A DNA stretch of 64,000 bases from Candidatus Omnitrophota bacterium (GCA_028865345.1 JAGWKL010000004.1:79422-143421); one strand, 5' to 3'; counted from the stretch's first letter, positions 46,070 through 56,770 are shown. Translations and numbers: made by a program. Notes: generated from the letters alone by a model not told the origin.

Positions 46070-48079
46070 TCATTCCGCCGCCGATGAGACGACTGCGGGA
46101 AGCATAACGGTAAACACCGTCCCTTCCCCTACTTTGGACCGTACTTTTATATGGCCGTTGTGTTTTTTGATGATTTCATGGCTGACGCTCAAACCAAGCC
46201 CCGTTCCTTTGCCGATCGGTTTTGTCGTGAAAAACGGATCAAATATCTTTTTTAAATTCTCCGGAGAGATGCCTTTGCCCGTATCGGAGATATCCGTACA
46301 AACATAGCCGTCTTTGGTGTATGTCTTGACTTCGATCGTTCCCTTGTCCTCGATCGCCTGCGCGGCATTGACGAACATATTGATGAATACCTGCCCCATC
46401 CGCTGGGCGCTGCACTTGACCAAAGGCGTCTGCCCGTAATCCTTTTTCAACTCCGCCTTATATTTGATCTCATTATGCACAATGCTTAAGATGCTGTCGA
46501 TGATCTCCTCGACCCTTAACAATTCCATGTTATCATTGCCTTCGCGGGCGAATGTTTTTAAGTCCAGGACGATTTTCTGGATACGCTCAAGCCCCCTTTG
46601 GTTGTGCTGCAACAAATTACCGGTATCATTCATGATATAATCCAGCTGGATTTCCTCTGAGAATTTATCTATTTCCTTAATAGTGGCCCTGGCTTTTCCC
46701 ATATCGCCTTCTTCCATGCTTTTCTTCAGAACTTCCAGCATCCTTAGAATTTGGGTATATTCGCCGACGTATTGCCCCAACAGCTCCATGTTATTACTGA
46801 TAAATCCCAACGGATTATTGATCTCATGGGCCACCCCTGCGGCAAGCTGGCCGATGGAGGCCATCTTTTCCGATTGCACCAGTTGCGACTGCGCGCTTTT
46901 AAGTTCATTATAGGCCTCTTGCAGGTCTCTTTCCGTCTGCCTGCGTTTGGTGATGTCATGGAAACTCCAGACCCGGCCCACGACCCTATCTTCAATCCGC
47001 TGGGGGTGGGAAAACCTTTCATATATCCTGCCGTCCTTAAGCTCCACAAGGTCAAAAAATGATCCTTCGGGTTTCGCATAGTGCTCTTGGATCGTCGCCA
47101 CAAAACTTTCCGGGTCCGCAACCTGATCACGGGCATACATGATCACCTTCCCGTCCTCTCCGCCGGCGGCAAGGGGCTCCGGAATGTCCCATAACTTAAG
47201 GAAATTATGGTTGAAACCGACGATACGCCCCTTCAAATCAACGACAAGGATGCCGTCTGCAGTCGCCTCCAATGTCGCGTCATGCAAAGATAACAATTGC
47301 GTCAAATCCTCATTGGTTTTCTTTAATTCCTGGGTCCGTTTCTCCACCCGTTGTTCGAGTTCATCCTTTGCCTGCGTTAATTGCAGATCCCTGGACTGGA
47401 TCTGTTTCATCATCTGGTTGAATCCGTCGAAAAGCTCCCCGATCTCATCATCCCCGCGCTTTTGCATCTGGATGGAATAATTCTGGGTGCGGGTGACGTC
47501 CTTGGTGGCCCGGGCCAGCTGAAGGATCGGTCCGGATATCCATCCCTGCAATATCGACGCCGCCCAGAACACACAAATGGAAATGATAAGTATAACAACA
47601 GTCCCGACCACAAAATTGTACTCTAATCGGGCATAAATCTCTCCCAAGTCAGAGTCTATATGCACCGCCCCTATGTATTTATCCTTGAAGAAAATATTTT
47701 TAGTCAGACTAAACCGGTCTTTGAGAAAATGCCATCCCTCATTTTTATACGAACCTAAAAACCGCGGTTTGGTATTATTTCGGCCATACCGGGCCATCAC
47801 TGTGCCGTTGCTCCTCAAAAGGAACGCAGAGATGATGTGGGGCTTGGCCTTCAACGCGGAAAGTATTTGTCTGGCGGAGTCCTGATCGTCAAAGACAATG
47901 GCGGCCGAAGAATTATTTCCGATGATCGCGGCCAGCGTCTCCAATTCCGTGGCCATGCTTGATTTATAGCTTTTAATGTCCTGGACAATAAAGGCAATGC
48001 TGGCTATTGAAAGGGCCACGAGACTGACCGTCATGATCATGAGGGTCAATTTATGTCTTATGGAAAATTTGCTTAACAT
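46070..48079 (-). CDS. membrane sensor histidine kinase: periplasmic sensor, HAMP, PAS, HisKA, HATPase
   Basis: Two TMs bracket an approximately 140-aa extracytoplasmic domain. HAMP, PAS (ADGILVVDLKGRIVGFN). Kinase core nearly identical to the two paralogs. Confidence 0.85.
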   Translation of the reverse strand: MLSKFSIRHKLTLMIMTVSLVALSIASIAFIVQDIKSYKSSMATELETLAAIIGNNSSAAIVFDDQDSARQILSALKAKPHIISAFLLRSNGTVMARYGRNNTKPRFLGSYKNEGWHFLKDRFSLTKNIFFKDKYIGAVHIDSDLGEIYARLEYNFVVGTVVILIISICVFWAASILQGWISGPILQLARATKDVTRTQNYSIQMQKRGDDEIGELFDGFNQMMKQIQSRDLQLTQAKDELEQRVEKRTQELKKTNEDLTQLLSLHDATLEATADGILVVDLKGRIVGFNHNFLKLWDIPEPLAAGGEDGKVIMYARDQVADPESFVATIQEHYAKPEGSFFDLVELKDGRIYERFSHPQRIEDRVVGRVWSFHDITKRRQTERDLQEAYNELKSAQSQLVQSEKMASIGQLAAGVAHEINNPLGFISNNMELLGQYVGEYTQILRMLEVLKKSMEEGDMGKARATIKEIDKFSEEIQLDYIMNDTGNLLQHNQRGLERIQKIVLDLKTFAREGNDNMELLRVEEIIDSILSIVHNEIKYKAELKKDYGQTPLVKCSAQRMGQVFINMFVNAAQAIEDKGTIEVKTYTKDGYVCTDISDTGKGISPENLKKIFDPFFTTKPIGKGTGLGLSVSHEIIKKHNGHIKVRSKVGEGTVFTVMLPAVVSSAAE

Positions 48080-48082
48080 AGG

Positions 48083-48628
48083 CTATATGATTTGAGCCAA
48101 CGCCAAAAGTTGCGATGAAAGCTTTACTCCGCTTAATCCTAATGTGGCCCTGTTAACGATGATCTTTGGCCTGTTGTTTTCCACCCCAATGGCCAGGGCC
48201 AGGCCTTGGCGGGCATATGCTTCGGTGGCGCTGATGCCGAATATCTTGTCTGTCTCGCATTTTCTAACTATCTCTTTTATGGAAGAATCATTGCCCGGCG
48301 TAACATAAATAATATTAACGCCATCAAGCTGGTCCACAGAAGTTATTTCTTTAATGACTGCTCTCTTACCGGCGATCGCCTTATCCGACACCCCGGAAAA
48401 GGACTGTTCTACTTCTTCCTTGGCTTCCTTTGATTGGGGATCATTGGGATCATAAAAGATCCCTATGACGATTTCTTGTCCAGTCTGTACGGAAAGGCTC
48501 TGGTCAAAATCGAATATTTTATAAAATAACGCCACCTGAAGGTCCGCCGGGACAGCCATGGCGGCAGAAGCGATCACCTGCAGAGTCATTCCTAAAGCCA
48601 CCACGGTTAGAATAAAAATTTTCTTCAT
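48083..48628 (-). CDS. periplasmic YfiR/DUF4154-like protein
   Basis: Signal peptide starting MKKIFILTVVALGMTL. Size and position (between a TonB-dependent receptor and a sensor kinase) match DUF4154 family contexts. The ORF track extends it to 48694. Confidence 0.45.
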   Translation of the reverse strand: MKKIFILTVVALGMTLQVIASAAMAVPADLQVALFYKIFDFDQSLSVQTGQEIVIGIFYDPNDPQSKEAKEEVEQSFSGVSDKAIAGKRAVIKEITSVDQLDGVNIIYVTPGNDSSIKEIVRKCETDKIFGISATEAYARQGLALAIGVENNRPKIIVNRATLGLSGVKLSSQLLALAQII

Positions 48629-48632
48629 ATCT

Positions 48633-50705
48633 TTAGAACCTGAGGTCCGCGGAGATAACAAAAGACGTGCCTTGCGGATGGTACGTATCTCCATAGAACT
48701 GGGCCGCGACCGGCTCCCGATTGTTTGTCAGATTGTCTCCGGACAAATGCACATTCAAATTCTTCATATGAAACGCCTGGTACCATGTCAACGTGGCATC
48801 AAGGTAGACCCGGCCGCCGATCGTTATATAGGATGATCCCGTGGTGTTATAATTGACGCCGGCCTGGTTGCCGACGTATCGTAACTCGGGAGAAAAATTT
48901 AAGTGGTCCAGGACCTTGCAATCCACCCCTGCATTGGCGGTCCATTCCGCGGACCCGATGATATGTTCCTGCGTGTTCACATCGGCATGATCGGCTTCAT
49001 CGCCGCCGTTAGGGTTCCCGGGACCGAAATTCTTAGGATCAAAAAGCCCAAGTTTGGAATCGTTCCATGAAATGTTCCCCCAAATATTCAACCGATCAGT
49101 CAGCGGCATCTGAATGTCCCCTTCCACCCCATTACCGCCGAAATTGCCTCCGTTGGTAAACGGCTGGAACCAGCTGATAAAATCCTGCAATTGTTCATGA
49201 TAATACGTCAGGGACAACCGGGCTTTTTTAACATAAACAATGTTTTGAAATTCCTCTGTTTGGAGCGTTTCAGGGTTTTGGGCCGGGCTGTTTAAAGCTG
49301 CCCAATAAACAGGGGCAGATCCATTCTTTCCCCATGCCGTATCCAGGGCTGCCAAAGCCGACGGATACCGCACAGCACGGTCCCAAATAACTTTTGAAAC
49401 CCAATTATCCGTCACCTGATAAACCGCGGCGGACTGCCCGCCGACAAACCACCGGTTCTTCAACTCTGTATTCGTATCCACGCGCACACCTTCCGTTAAT
49501 CTCAACTTATCGGTCACTTGGATATCATCGGTCAAATAATACCCTCCGGCCCCCGTACTTCTATCAAATAAACTTGTCCTGGAAAAAACGCTGTTTGCCT
49601 TGCCGCTGTTATCGGTATAGGAAAACCAATCATTGAGATTATCATCATAGGAACCCTGGATCCCCGTTTGGATCAGGTTGTGTTCAATGCCGGTATAACG
49701 CAAGCCATATTCCGTCGTATACTCCATCTGCGCGAGATACAACTGCACCGCGCCCGCAGGAGGCGAGTCATTTCCATTCAAACGCGATGCGTTTTTATAG
49801 CCAAGGGTCATATCAAACATGCCTGTTAAGTCCGGACTAAAGGGGTGTTCGTTCTTGATCTGTCCTATATAATTCTGGTTCACATTATGGCCGTTATAGC
49901 TTGAGCTTGCGCCGTCAATGTCCAATTCCGGAAAGGTGTCCCGATAGGCCGTAACTTGGGCAGACCACTCCCCATATTTCCCGTTCAATATGCCAAACAA
50001 ACTCGGTTCAAGCAATTCTCCTGTCTTATCCGTGCCTATAATGCCGGGCCTGGCGCCGTTCTCCCAGGCATTAAAACCCCTTTCTTTCTCAGTGGTCAAA
50101 GAAAAATTAACAAGTTTGTCCTCATCCCAGGTCTTGCCCATCATCACGGTCGAGGAATCGTTCAAATAATTCCCGATACCCTGCACCACCTCAACGCCAT
50201 TGACGTTCTTAGTTATGATATTGATGGTGGCGGCCAGAGTATTGGCTTGTTGATATATGGAAGTAGGCCCGACGACCACTTCCACACGCTGGACATTATC
50301 CAAATTGATGGGGCCGTTTAGAATATCCGGTTCCATGACACCGTTCACATTTTGACCGTTGATAAGCAGGGTTATTTTTTCATTATCGTTGGCACTCAGG
50401 CCGCGGACACTGGCCACATAATCAAGGTCCCTGTGGAATACCGTAAAGCCCGGTACAGTCCGCAGGAGTTCGCCCAAACTGTGGTAACCCCTTTCATGGA
50501 TCTCTTTGGCCGTAAAAACGTAAATACTCCCGGGAGCCAGGTCTTTTCTTTCATCAACCCTGGAAATGGTGGACACCTGGACCTGCATCAACTGCTGTAA
50601 ACTAAGGCTCATTAATTCCGGCGTGGTGACTGCGGATGCTGAAACTTGCTGTGAAATAAAAAAACCTAAAAGAAGAATACTTAATGAAAGCTCTCTTTTA
50701 AACAT
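48633..50705 (-). CDS. TonB-dependent outer membrane receptor
   Basis: Signal peptide, plug domain (FTAKEIHERGYHSLGELLRTVPG, TLLINGQNV), 22-strand barrel region, C-terminal aromatic residue (..ADLRF). Confidence 0.85.
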   Translation of the reverse strand: MFKRELSLSILLLGFFISQQVSASAVTTPELMSLSLQQLMQVQVSTISRVDERKDLAPGSIYVFTAKEIHERGYHSLGELLRTVPGFTVFHRDLDYVASVRGLSANDNEKITLLINGQNVNGVMEPDILNGPINLDNVQRVEVVVGPTSIYQQANTLAATINIITKNVNGVEVVQGIGNYLNDSSTVMMGKTWDEDKLVNFSLTTEKERGFNAWENGARPGIIGTDKTGELLEPSLFGILNGKYGEWSAQVTAYRDTFPELDIDGASSSYNGHNVNQNYIGQIKNEHPFSPDLTGMFDMTLGYKNASRLNGNDSPPAGAVQLYLAQMEYTTEYGLRYTGIEHNLIQTGIQGSYDDNLNDWFSYTDNSGKANSVFSRTSLFDRSTGAGGYYLTDDIQVTDKLRLTEGVRVDTNTELKNRWFVGGQSAAVYQVTDNWVSKVIWDRAVRYPSALAALDTAWGKNGSAPVYWAALNSPAQNPETLQTEEFQNIVYVKKARLSLTYYHEQLQDFISWFQPFTNGGNFGGNGVEGDIQMPLTDRLNIWGNISWNDSKLGLFDPKNFGPGNPNGGDEADHADVNTQEHIIGSAEWTANAGVDCKVLDHLNFSPELRYVGNQAGVNYNTTGSSYITIGGRVYLDATLTWYQAFHMKNLNVHLSGDNLTNNREPVAAQFYGDTYHPQGTSFVISADLRF

Positions 50706-50718
50706 AAATCACTTCCTC

Positions 50719-52707
50719 TTAAAACTTGATCTTGATCCCCGCCGTGACCTCGGGTTTGATGAAGATCTCATTGGAGCCGACAGCGCTGCTGGTATTGACA
50801 TACGTACTTTCTATTCTGCGCGCGCCCAAGAAATCTGAAACCTCCAAATAAACTGTCGCGTCGTTCTTACCCACCCAGCGGGGTGTCAGGAAATCATAGC
50901 TGACCCTGAAGAATGACTTGTAATAACCCCTGACCTTGGAGGGAGGGAATCCCTGGTCCTCCTGCACGACATAACCTTCGAAATATTTGGCATAAACGTC
51001 GATCTTAAGATTATTTTTGGTATAGCGCAGCCCCAAGCCCACGATATTATTGGACAGGTCCGTATCGTAAGACACGATATCCGGGAAGTTGGCCGTCTCA
51101 GGCTTGGCATGGGGATAGATGTAGCTGTAATCCGTTGAAAAAGAAAGAGCGTCCGTGAACTGGTAGTCGAGGGACAGCTCGGCGCCCTGGCTCGTCAGGC
51201 TTCCGTCATTGGCGGTAATACCGGTATTCCCATTTAAAACAATGAGATCATTAACGCGTGACATGAAAATGGTCGCGTCAGCCCTTAATTTATCTTCCAA
51301 AAACAGGCCGCGATAGCCTGCTTCCTGGGTAAAATTTTCTTCGGGTTTTAAATGGGTCGAGCCCCTATAAACAAGGACCCCCGGTTCCGCCGTTATGGAA
51401 AGATCGTGGTCGATAAAATCGGGCGTCCGGTAGGTTTGGCTGCTGGAGGCCCAAACAGTCTGGGTGTCCGTCAAATGATAAAGAGCGGAAACCTTGGGCG
51501 AATATAACGGCTTTTCATTAATGACCAGGGAATTGCTGTCTTCCCTGACACCTGCGGTCAATACAAGCTTTTCAATCGGCCGGTATTCATCCTGGGCAAA
51601 GAAACTGATGATCTTCTGGGAGGCAGTGCCGTTGGTCACCAGCCCCTGAAAAGCGACGCCCCGGTCTTCGGCCACGTGCAAATCGTTATAACGCAATTCA
51701 CCGCCGACAGAAGTCACATGATGCCCCCAAAGATCATAGTGGAAATTATGCTGGGTGTTGGCGCTGGTGGTATGGACAATGGCATCGTAAGAATCGAAGG
51801 CCGTTCCCAATTGCTCCACATGGTCAAAATGGAAACTATAATCATACCTGTCGCTGGCTTTGTCCGTATAATTGATGATGGCCATGCTGGTTTCTCCGGG
51901 GGTTTTAGTCTCTGCCCCGGTCACAACGTTGGGACTATTGGAGTTCTGCTGGATACTGCTGCCGATAATACTTAAATGCTGATGGTCCGAAGGCGTATAA
52001 TCAACGCGCCCCCCTGCCACATCAGAAAGATACCTGTCGGAATAACTGTGGATGGCGTTTTTGGTAAACCCTTGATCGAAACGGTTGTCAAGATACGCCC
52101 TGAAAGCCAGTCCCGTCTGGCCGATCTTACTTTCGCCGATGCCGATGCTGGAATCCCGGTAAGACTGCGTGCCGCCTTGTTGCTGGACATAATTGTCCTT
52201 GATGTCCGCGGATTTAGTGATGATATTGATGACGCCGTTGACGGCGTTGGAAGAATAAAGGACCCCCGGCGAGCCGCGGATGATCTCAATGCGCTCTATT
52301 TCATTTAAACTCACCGGCAAGTTTTCCCAAAGCACGCCGCCTATCATGGGATTGAAAACAACCGCTCCGTCGATAAGCACCAGTAAATTATTGGTCGTAT
52401 AGCCGGCGTTCCCGCGGATATCGACGCCATATTGATGGCCGTCTATTTGCCTGACATCCAGCCCGGGGACACGGTAAAGAAGGTCAGCCACGTTCCTGGC
52501 CCCTGAACGCTCGATATCTTCCCTGGTAATGACATACATGGCATTGGCCACATCATTCAGATTTTGTTCGCGGCCCGAAGCAGAGGTGACCGTGGTATTC
52601 AACAGCTCCTGTAAAGATTCATTCATCAGATTATCCGCAAAACCAGGCGCTTGCGTAATAATCAAAATACCGGCCGACATCCATAGGCTGAGCCTAAACC
52701 CGTTCAT
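50719..52707 (-). CDS. TonB-dependent outer membrane receptor (second, divergent paralog)
   Basis: Plug motifs (YVITREDIERSGARNVADLLYRVPGLDV, LVLIDGAVV, IEIIRGSPGVLYSSNAVNGVINIITK). C-terminal ..IKIKF. RBS AAGGAG. Confidence 0.85.
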   Translation of the reverse strand: MNGFRLSLWMSAGILIITQAPGFADNLMNESLQELLNTTVTSASGREQNLNDVANAMYVITREDIERSGARNVADLLYRVPGLDVRQIDGHQYGVDIRGNAGYTTNNLLVLIDGAVVFNPMIGGVLWENLPVSLNEIERIEIIRGSPGVLYSSNAVNGVINIITKSADIKDNYVQQQGGTQSYRDSSIGIGESKIGQTGLAFRAYLDNRFDQGFTKNAIHSYSDRYLSDVAGGRVDYTPSDHQHLSIIGSSIQQNSNSPNVVTGAETKTPGETSMAIINYTDKASDRYDYSFHFDHVEQLGTAFDSYDAIVHTTSANTQHNFHYDLWGHHVTSVGGELRYNDLHVAEDRGVAFQGLVTNGTASQKIISFFAQDEYRPIEKLVLTAGVREDSNSLVINEKPLYSPKVSALYHLTDTQTVWASSSQTYRTPDFIDHDLSITAEPGVLVYRGSTHLKPEENFTQEAGYRGLFLEDKLRADATIFMSRVNDLIVLNGNTGITANDGSLTSQGAELSLDYQFTDALSFSTDYSYIYPHAKPETANFPDIVSYDTDLSNNIVGLGLRYTKNNLKIDVYAKYFEGYVVQEDQGFPPSKVRGYYKSFFRVSYDFLTPRWVGKNDATVYLEVSDFLGARRIESTYVNTSSAVGSNEIFIKPEVTAGIKIKF

Positions 52708-52760
52708 GGACAGAGTCTCCTTGGGTTGGAAAATTTTTGATGATCGGCGGGAATCTTATG

Positions 52761-52794
52761 AAGAAAAGAGAAAAAGCGTCTTGTGGACCTGACG
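52761..52794 (-). terminator. short hairpin (GCGUC..GACGC) plus U-tract on the minus strand, between the kinase and the receptor genes
   Basis: gcgtc-ttgtggacct-gacgc on the + strand with agaaaagagaaaaa on the 5' side, which reads UUUUUCUCUUUUCU 3' of the stem on the minus strand. Confidence 0.35.
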
Positions 52795-52863
52795 CAGGTA
52801 TGGACGTTTTGCCGTTTCGGCAAGTTAACAGGAGAAACCCTTTCGATTTTTCCCATGTATTTT

Positions 52864-52892
52864 TATTATAATTTTTTTCTTAACCCTATACA
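52864..52892 (-). promoter_or_regulatory. candidate sigma70-type promoter (TTGTAT, 17 nt, TATAAT) for the TonB-dependent receptor operon
   Basis: Minus-strand hexamers found by eye: -10 TATAAT at 52869..52864, -35 TTGTAT at 52892..52887, with a 17-nt spacer. Confidence 0.25.
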
Positions 52893-52957
52893 ATACATAA
52901 TCCTACAAAGATTTATCCGTAAAATTACTGACACCCACTTTAAGCCGCCATTGGCCA

Positions 52958-54430
52958 TTACACCCCGGCAGGGAGCATGACGGTAAAGGTGGTCCCTTCA
53001 CCGGGCTTGGATCGAACGTTGATTTCCCCCTTGTGTTTCTTTATGATCTCGTAACTCACGCTTAAGCCGAGGCCTGTCCCTTTGCCGACGGGTTTGGTGG
53101 TAAAAAACGGTTCGAATATTTTCTTTAAATGCTCTTCCTTGATCCCTTTGCCCGTGTCCGTCACCTCAACGCATACATATTTATCCCGGACATAGGTCCT
53201 TACCTCAATGACACCCATTCCCTCGATCGCCTGCGCGGCATTGACCAGTAAATTGATGAACACCTGCCCCATCCGCTGGGGATTGCCCTTGACCATGGGT
53301 GTGGGCCCGTAATCCTTTTTTAACTCCGCCTTGTATTTGAGTTCGTTATAAACAATGTTGATGACGCTGTCCATGACTTCTTCGATTTTAATCAAGTCCA
53401 TGTTATCGCTGCCTTCATGGGCAAAGGTCTTCAAATCCATGACGATCTTCTGGATCCGCTCGATCCCCCTTTGATTATGCTGCAACAAATTGTCCACGTC
53501 GTTCATGATATAATCTAATTGGATCTCCTTTTCAAATGCGTCTATCTCTTCAATGATCGATTTTGCCTTTTGGACATCGCCTTCTTGGATATTTTTCTTC
53601 ACGATTTCCAGCATCCTTAAAATTTTGGTGTATTCGCTGACGTACTGGGCCAATAATTCCGTATTATTGCCGATAAATCCCAGCGGATTATTGATTTCAT
53701 GGGCCACCCCGGCGGCCAACTGGCCGATGGAAGCCATTTTTTCCGACTGGATCAACTGCGATTGTACGCTTTTAAGGTCTTCGTAGGCTTTCTTGAGCTC
53801 ACTTTCGGCGCGTTCGCGCCGGGCGATGTCTTCCAGCAGGTTGGCTTCGCTTAATTTAAGCTGTTCCTGCCGCATAAACGACTGGCGGTGCTGGATGCTG
53901 TAGAATTTGGTCCAAATAACGACAAACAAGGCGGTGGAACCCATGAACAAATTGGCAAAGGCGAAATTGACCCTGTCGAAGCTGTGATGGTTAAACACAA
54001 CAGCCAGGTTATAAAGGCCGAGCCAAAGCAAAAAGCACAATATATTGTGCTTTGTATAATAAGGATTGAGCACCCCAAATCCCAAAAAAACAAGATTTAT
54101 CCCTTCATAATACCGGCTGGCAGAGCCGTCCGCAAAAAAAATCATCAGGATGATGCCGCCGGCGAACAAGGTGCCAAGGATATCGGAAATATAGATGACC
54201 CGCGGTTTCATTTTCTCAGGGATCAAAATCAACAACAGAACCACCGTCAGGAGGGAATCTATAATGCGTATATTCAAAAAAAGGCCGGCAAGGGAGGGAT
54301 ACGTCACCCGGTCAAGGATATTAAAGACAAGGTGCACAACAATGGCAACGACGGCAATGAAACGTACGTTTCTTAAGAGAAGGCCGTCTACATACGTACG
54401 GTAACGGGCTTCAATAGCACCATCGGGCAT
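52958..54430 (-). CDS. sensor histidine kinase with N-terminal 6-TM integral-membrane sensor domain
   Basis: About 200 aa of TM helices, then a coiled coil and the shared kinase core ([28 protein letters not shown] ... [24 protein letters not shown]). Confidence 0.85.
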   Translation of the reverse strand: MPDGAIEARYRTYVDGLLLRNVRFIAVVAIVVHLVFNILDRVTYPSLAGLFLNIRIIDSLLTVVLLLILIPEKMKPRVIYISDILGTLFAGGIILMIFFADGSASRYYEGINLVFLGFGVLNPYYTKHNILCFLLWLGLYNLAVVFNHHSFDRVNFAFANLFMGSTALFVVIWTKFYSIQHRQSFMRQEQLKLSEANLLEDIARRERAESELKKAYEDLKSVQSQLIQSEKMASIGQLAAGVAHEINNPLGFIGNNTELLAQYVSEYTKILRMLEIVKKNIQEGDVQKAKSIIEEIDAFEKEIQLDYIMNDVDNLLQHNQRGIERIQKIVMDLKTFAHEGSDNMDLIKIEEVMDSVINIVYNELKYKAELKKDYGPTPMVKGNPQRMGQVFINLLVNAAQAIEGMGVIEVRTYVRDKYVCVEVTDTGKGIKEEHLKKIFEPFFTTKPVGKGTGLGLSVSYEIIKKHKGEINVRSKPGEGTTFTVMLPAGV

Positions 54431-54458
54431 GCCTTATATCATATACGCCGGTTGGATT

Positions 54459-55139
54459 TTATTCAATGGACGAATAATAAACCTTCAAATGGCTTTTAAG
54501 GGTGGGGAAATCGATCTGGCCTTCCGCGGCAGGCTTATTGAGGAAGGTGTAGGTGTAGCGGCTGCCCGCGGCCGGGAAAAGCACGCGTGACAGGGCGCCT
54601 TTGCGTCCCAGGGACATGGTGATCATGTTAAGCTTGCGGTGGCGGCGGGTAAAGGCCAAGAGAGCCATCACATCGTCGAAAGAACCGGCCTTGGCGGCGA
54701 TCTTGACAAAATCGCCCTTTGCCTTCAATGACTTTTTTAAGATGGACTCCAAATTTTTAGGAGTGCCCTGTAAATAGTGGCTGGAAACGATGACTTTCTT
54801 TTTCAGCTTACGGGCCATGGCGACCACCTGTTTTAAAAGCGGGGAGCTAAGCTCTATATCGACCGCGTCCACCAGGGGCAAAGCCTCTTCGATGATCTCC
54901 ATTTTTAGACGGTCGGAGAACTCATTCAAAGCCCCTTCTTTTTTTTGGTTGCGCAGAGTCAATAACAAGGGCTTTCCCAACAGCCTGCGGCGCCTGATCT
55001 GGGCAACGATATAGGCCGCATCCAATTTCTTGAACAGGTCTGCGCGCAGTTCAAGCAAACCAACGCCCAAATTCTTAATTTGGGCGTTGGTTTCCTTGTC
55101 GGTGATGACTAACGCAATGCAGGAATCGGTATTCGGCAT
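54459..55139 (-). CDS. aroD: 3-dehydroquinate dehydratase, type I
   Basis: ELRADLF, VIVSSHYLQGTP (compare ISYHNFEKTP), and ITMSLGRKGALSRVLFPAAGSRYTYTF, a divergent match to the type I DHQase C-terminal MGxxGxxSR motif. Confidence 0.7.
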   Translation of the reverse strand: MPNTDSCIALVITDKETNAQIKNLGVGLLELRADLFKKLDAAYIVAQIRRRRLLGKPLLLTLRNQKKEGALNEFSDRLKMEIIEEALPLVDAVDIELSSPLLKQVVAMARKLKKKVIVSSHYLQGTPKNLESILKKSLKAKGDFVKIAAKAGSFDDVMALLAFTRRHRKLNMITMSLGRKGALSRVLFPAAGSRYTYTFLNKPAAEGQIDFPTLKSHLKVYYSSIE

Positions 55140-56768
55140 TTAAATGACCGCTTCGGCTTCCTTGGCCGCCATGTCCAAAAAGGACTTGATGCGGCGGGAA
55201 CGCGTCGGATGGCGCAGCTTGCGCAGGGCCTTGGATTCGATCTGGCGCACGCGCTCGCGGGTGACATTGAATTCCGCGCCCACCTCTTCCAGGGTGCGGC
55301 TGGTACCGTCCATGATCCCGAAACGCAATTCCAGGATCTTGCGCTCGCGGTCGTCTAAGGTCGATAAAACCGAGGTGATCTCCTCCTTGAGCATGGAATG
55401 CAAGGTGGCATTGGCCGGAGAAACAGCTTTTTTGTCCTCGATAAAATCCCCGAAATGCGTGTCCCCCTCGTCGCCGATGGGCGTCTGCAGCGAAATCGGG
55501 ACCTGGGAGATCTTGAGGATCTCCTTGACCTTGGTCACGGGCAGGCGCATCTCCTTGGCGATCTCCTGCGCGGAGGGTTCCCGGCCGTATTCCTGCACGA
55601 ACACGCGCGAGACACGGATGATCTTGTTGATGGTCTCGGTCATGTGCACCGGGATACGGATGGTGCGCGCCTGGTCTGCGATGGAACGCGTGATGGCCTG
55701 CCTGATCCACCAGGTCGCGTAGGTGGAAAACTTATACCCGCGCTTGTATTCGAATTTCTCGACGGCGCGGATCAAACCCATATTGCCCTCCTGGATCAGG
55801 TCCAAAAAGGAAAGGCCCCGGTTGATATATTTCTTGGCGATGGACACGACCAGGCGCAGGTTGGCCTCCACCAGCAATTTCTTGGCCTTGTTGAAGCGCG
55901 ACTGCCTGGTCTTGATCTCACGCAAATGTTCCTTGACCTTAGACACCGGCTCGCCAAGATCTTTTTCAAGGGCGGCCAGTTGTTTCTTGAGCTCCCCGGC
56001 GTTGCCCGGCAATTTCTTGCCCTTCAGGTGTTTTTCCAGGCGTTCGATATGGCCGATCAAATCGGAGATCTTGATGACGATCTCTTCGTTGATGGTCGAG
56101 GTCAGTTTGAATTCCGCGATGGACTTGGCGGAAATGTCGGAACCCACCCTTGTATGGCGGACATGCTCGAGGATCGTCCCCAGGTCCTTCATCAGACGGC
56201 CGCGGCGCTCCAGCTCGTCCTTGATCACGTCCTCCGCGTTGATCTCTTCGCGCAGAACCTGGTTGATGATGGCCAGGGCCTCTTTGCGCGCGTAATAGGT
56301 CTTGAACAGAGACTCCGCGAAGCGCAGTTCGGCCTCTTCGATGCGTTTAGCGAGCGCGATTTCTTCCTCGCGGGTCAACAGCGGAATGGAACCCATCTGC
56401 TTTAAATACATCTTCACCGGGTCATCCAAAGGAATGAACTTGTCGGAATAGACATCGTCCTCCTTGTTCTCCTCGCGCAGGCGGCGCACCTGCTGCTCGC
56501 GGCTTTCTTCCGCCTCGGTTTCGATGACAGGCGTCTCCTCGCCGGCGTCAACGACCTTGATGTCCTGACCGTCCAACACGTCGAAGACCTGGTCGATGTC
56601 CTCGGAGGAATCGATGGCGTCGGACAGGGTCTCGTTGACGTCTTCATAGGTCAAAAAACCCTTCTTTTTGCCCAACGTCACCAGTTTGTCCAGATCGCCC
56701 TGCAAATCTTTTTCTTGTTTTACCGGTTCTTTCATACTCTCCTCTGTTTTATGGTTATGACCCTTCAC
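55140..56768 (-). CDS. rpoD: RNA polymerase sigma factor RpoD (sigma-70)
   Basis: Regions 1.1 to 4.2 present: [52 protein letters not shown], and a region 4 [33 protein letters not shown]. Confidence 0.95.
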   Translation of the reverse strand: MKGHNHKTEESMKEPVKQEKDLQGDLDKLVTLGKKKGFLTYEDVNETLSDAIDSSEDIDQVFDVLDGQDIKVVDAGEETPVIETEAEESREQQVRRLREENKEDDVYSDKFIPLDDPVKMYLKQMGSIPLLTREEEIALAKRIEEAELRFAESLFKTYYARKEALAIINQVLREEINAEDVIKDELERRGRLMKDLGTILEHVRHTRVGSDISAKSIAEFKLTSTINEEIVIKISDLIGHIERLEKHLKGKKLPGNAGELKKQLAALEKDLGEPVSKVKEHLREIKTRQSRFNKAKKLLVEANLRLVVSIAKKYINRGLSFLDLIQEGNMGLIRAVEKFEYKRGYKFSTYATWWIRQAITRSIADQARTIRIPVHMTETINKIIRVSRVFVQEYGREPSAQEIAKEMRLPVTKVKEILKISQVPISLQTPIGDEGDTHFGDFIEDKKAVSPANATLHSMLKEEITSVLSTLDDRERKILELRFGIMDGTSRTLEEVGAEFNVTRERVRQIESKALRKLRHPTRSRRIKSFLDMAAKEAEAVI

Positions 56769-56770
56769 CT

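Noticed and set aside
55398-56405. 335-aa + strand ORF and a 211-aa minus-strand ORF (55075..55710) overlapping rpoD
   Set aside because: Both are in alternative frames of the highly conserved rpoD gene. Their Pro/Arg/Gly-rich low-complexity translations are frame artefacts.
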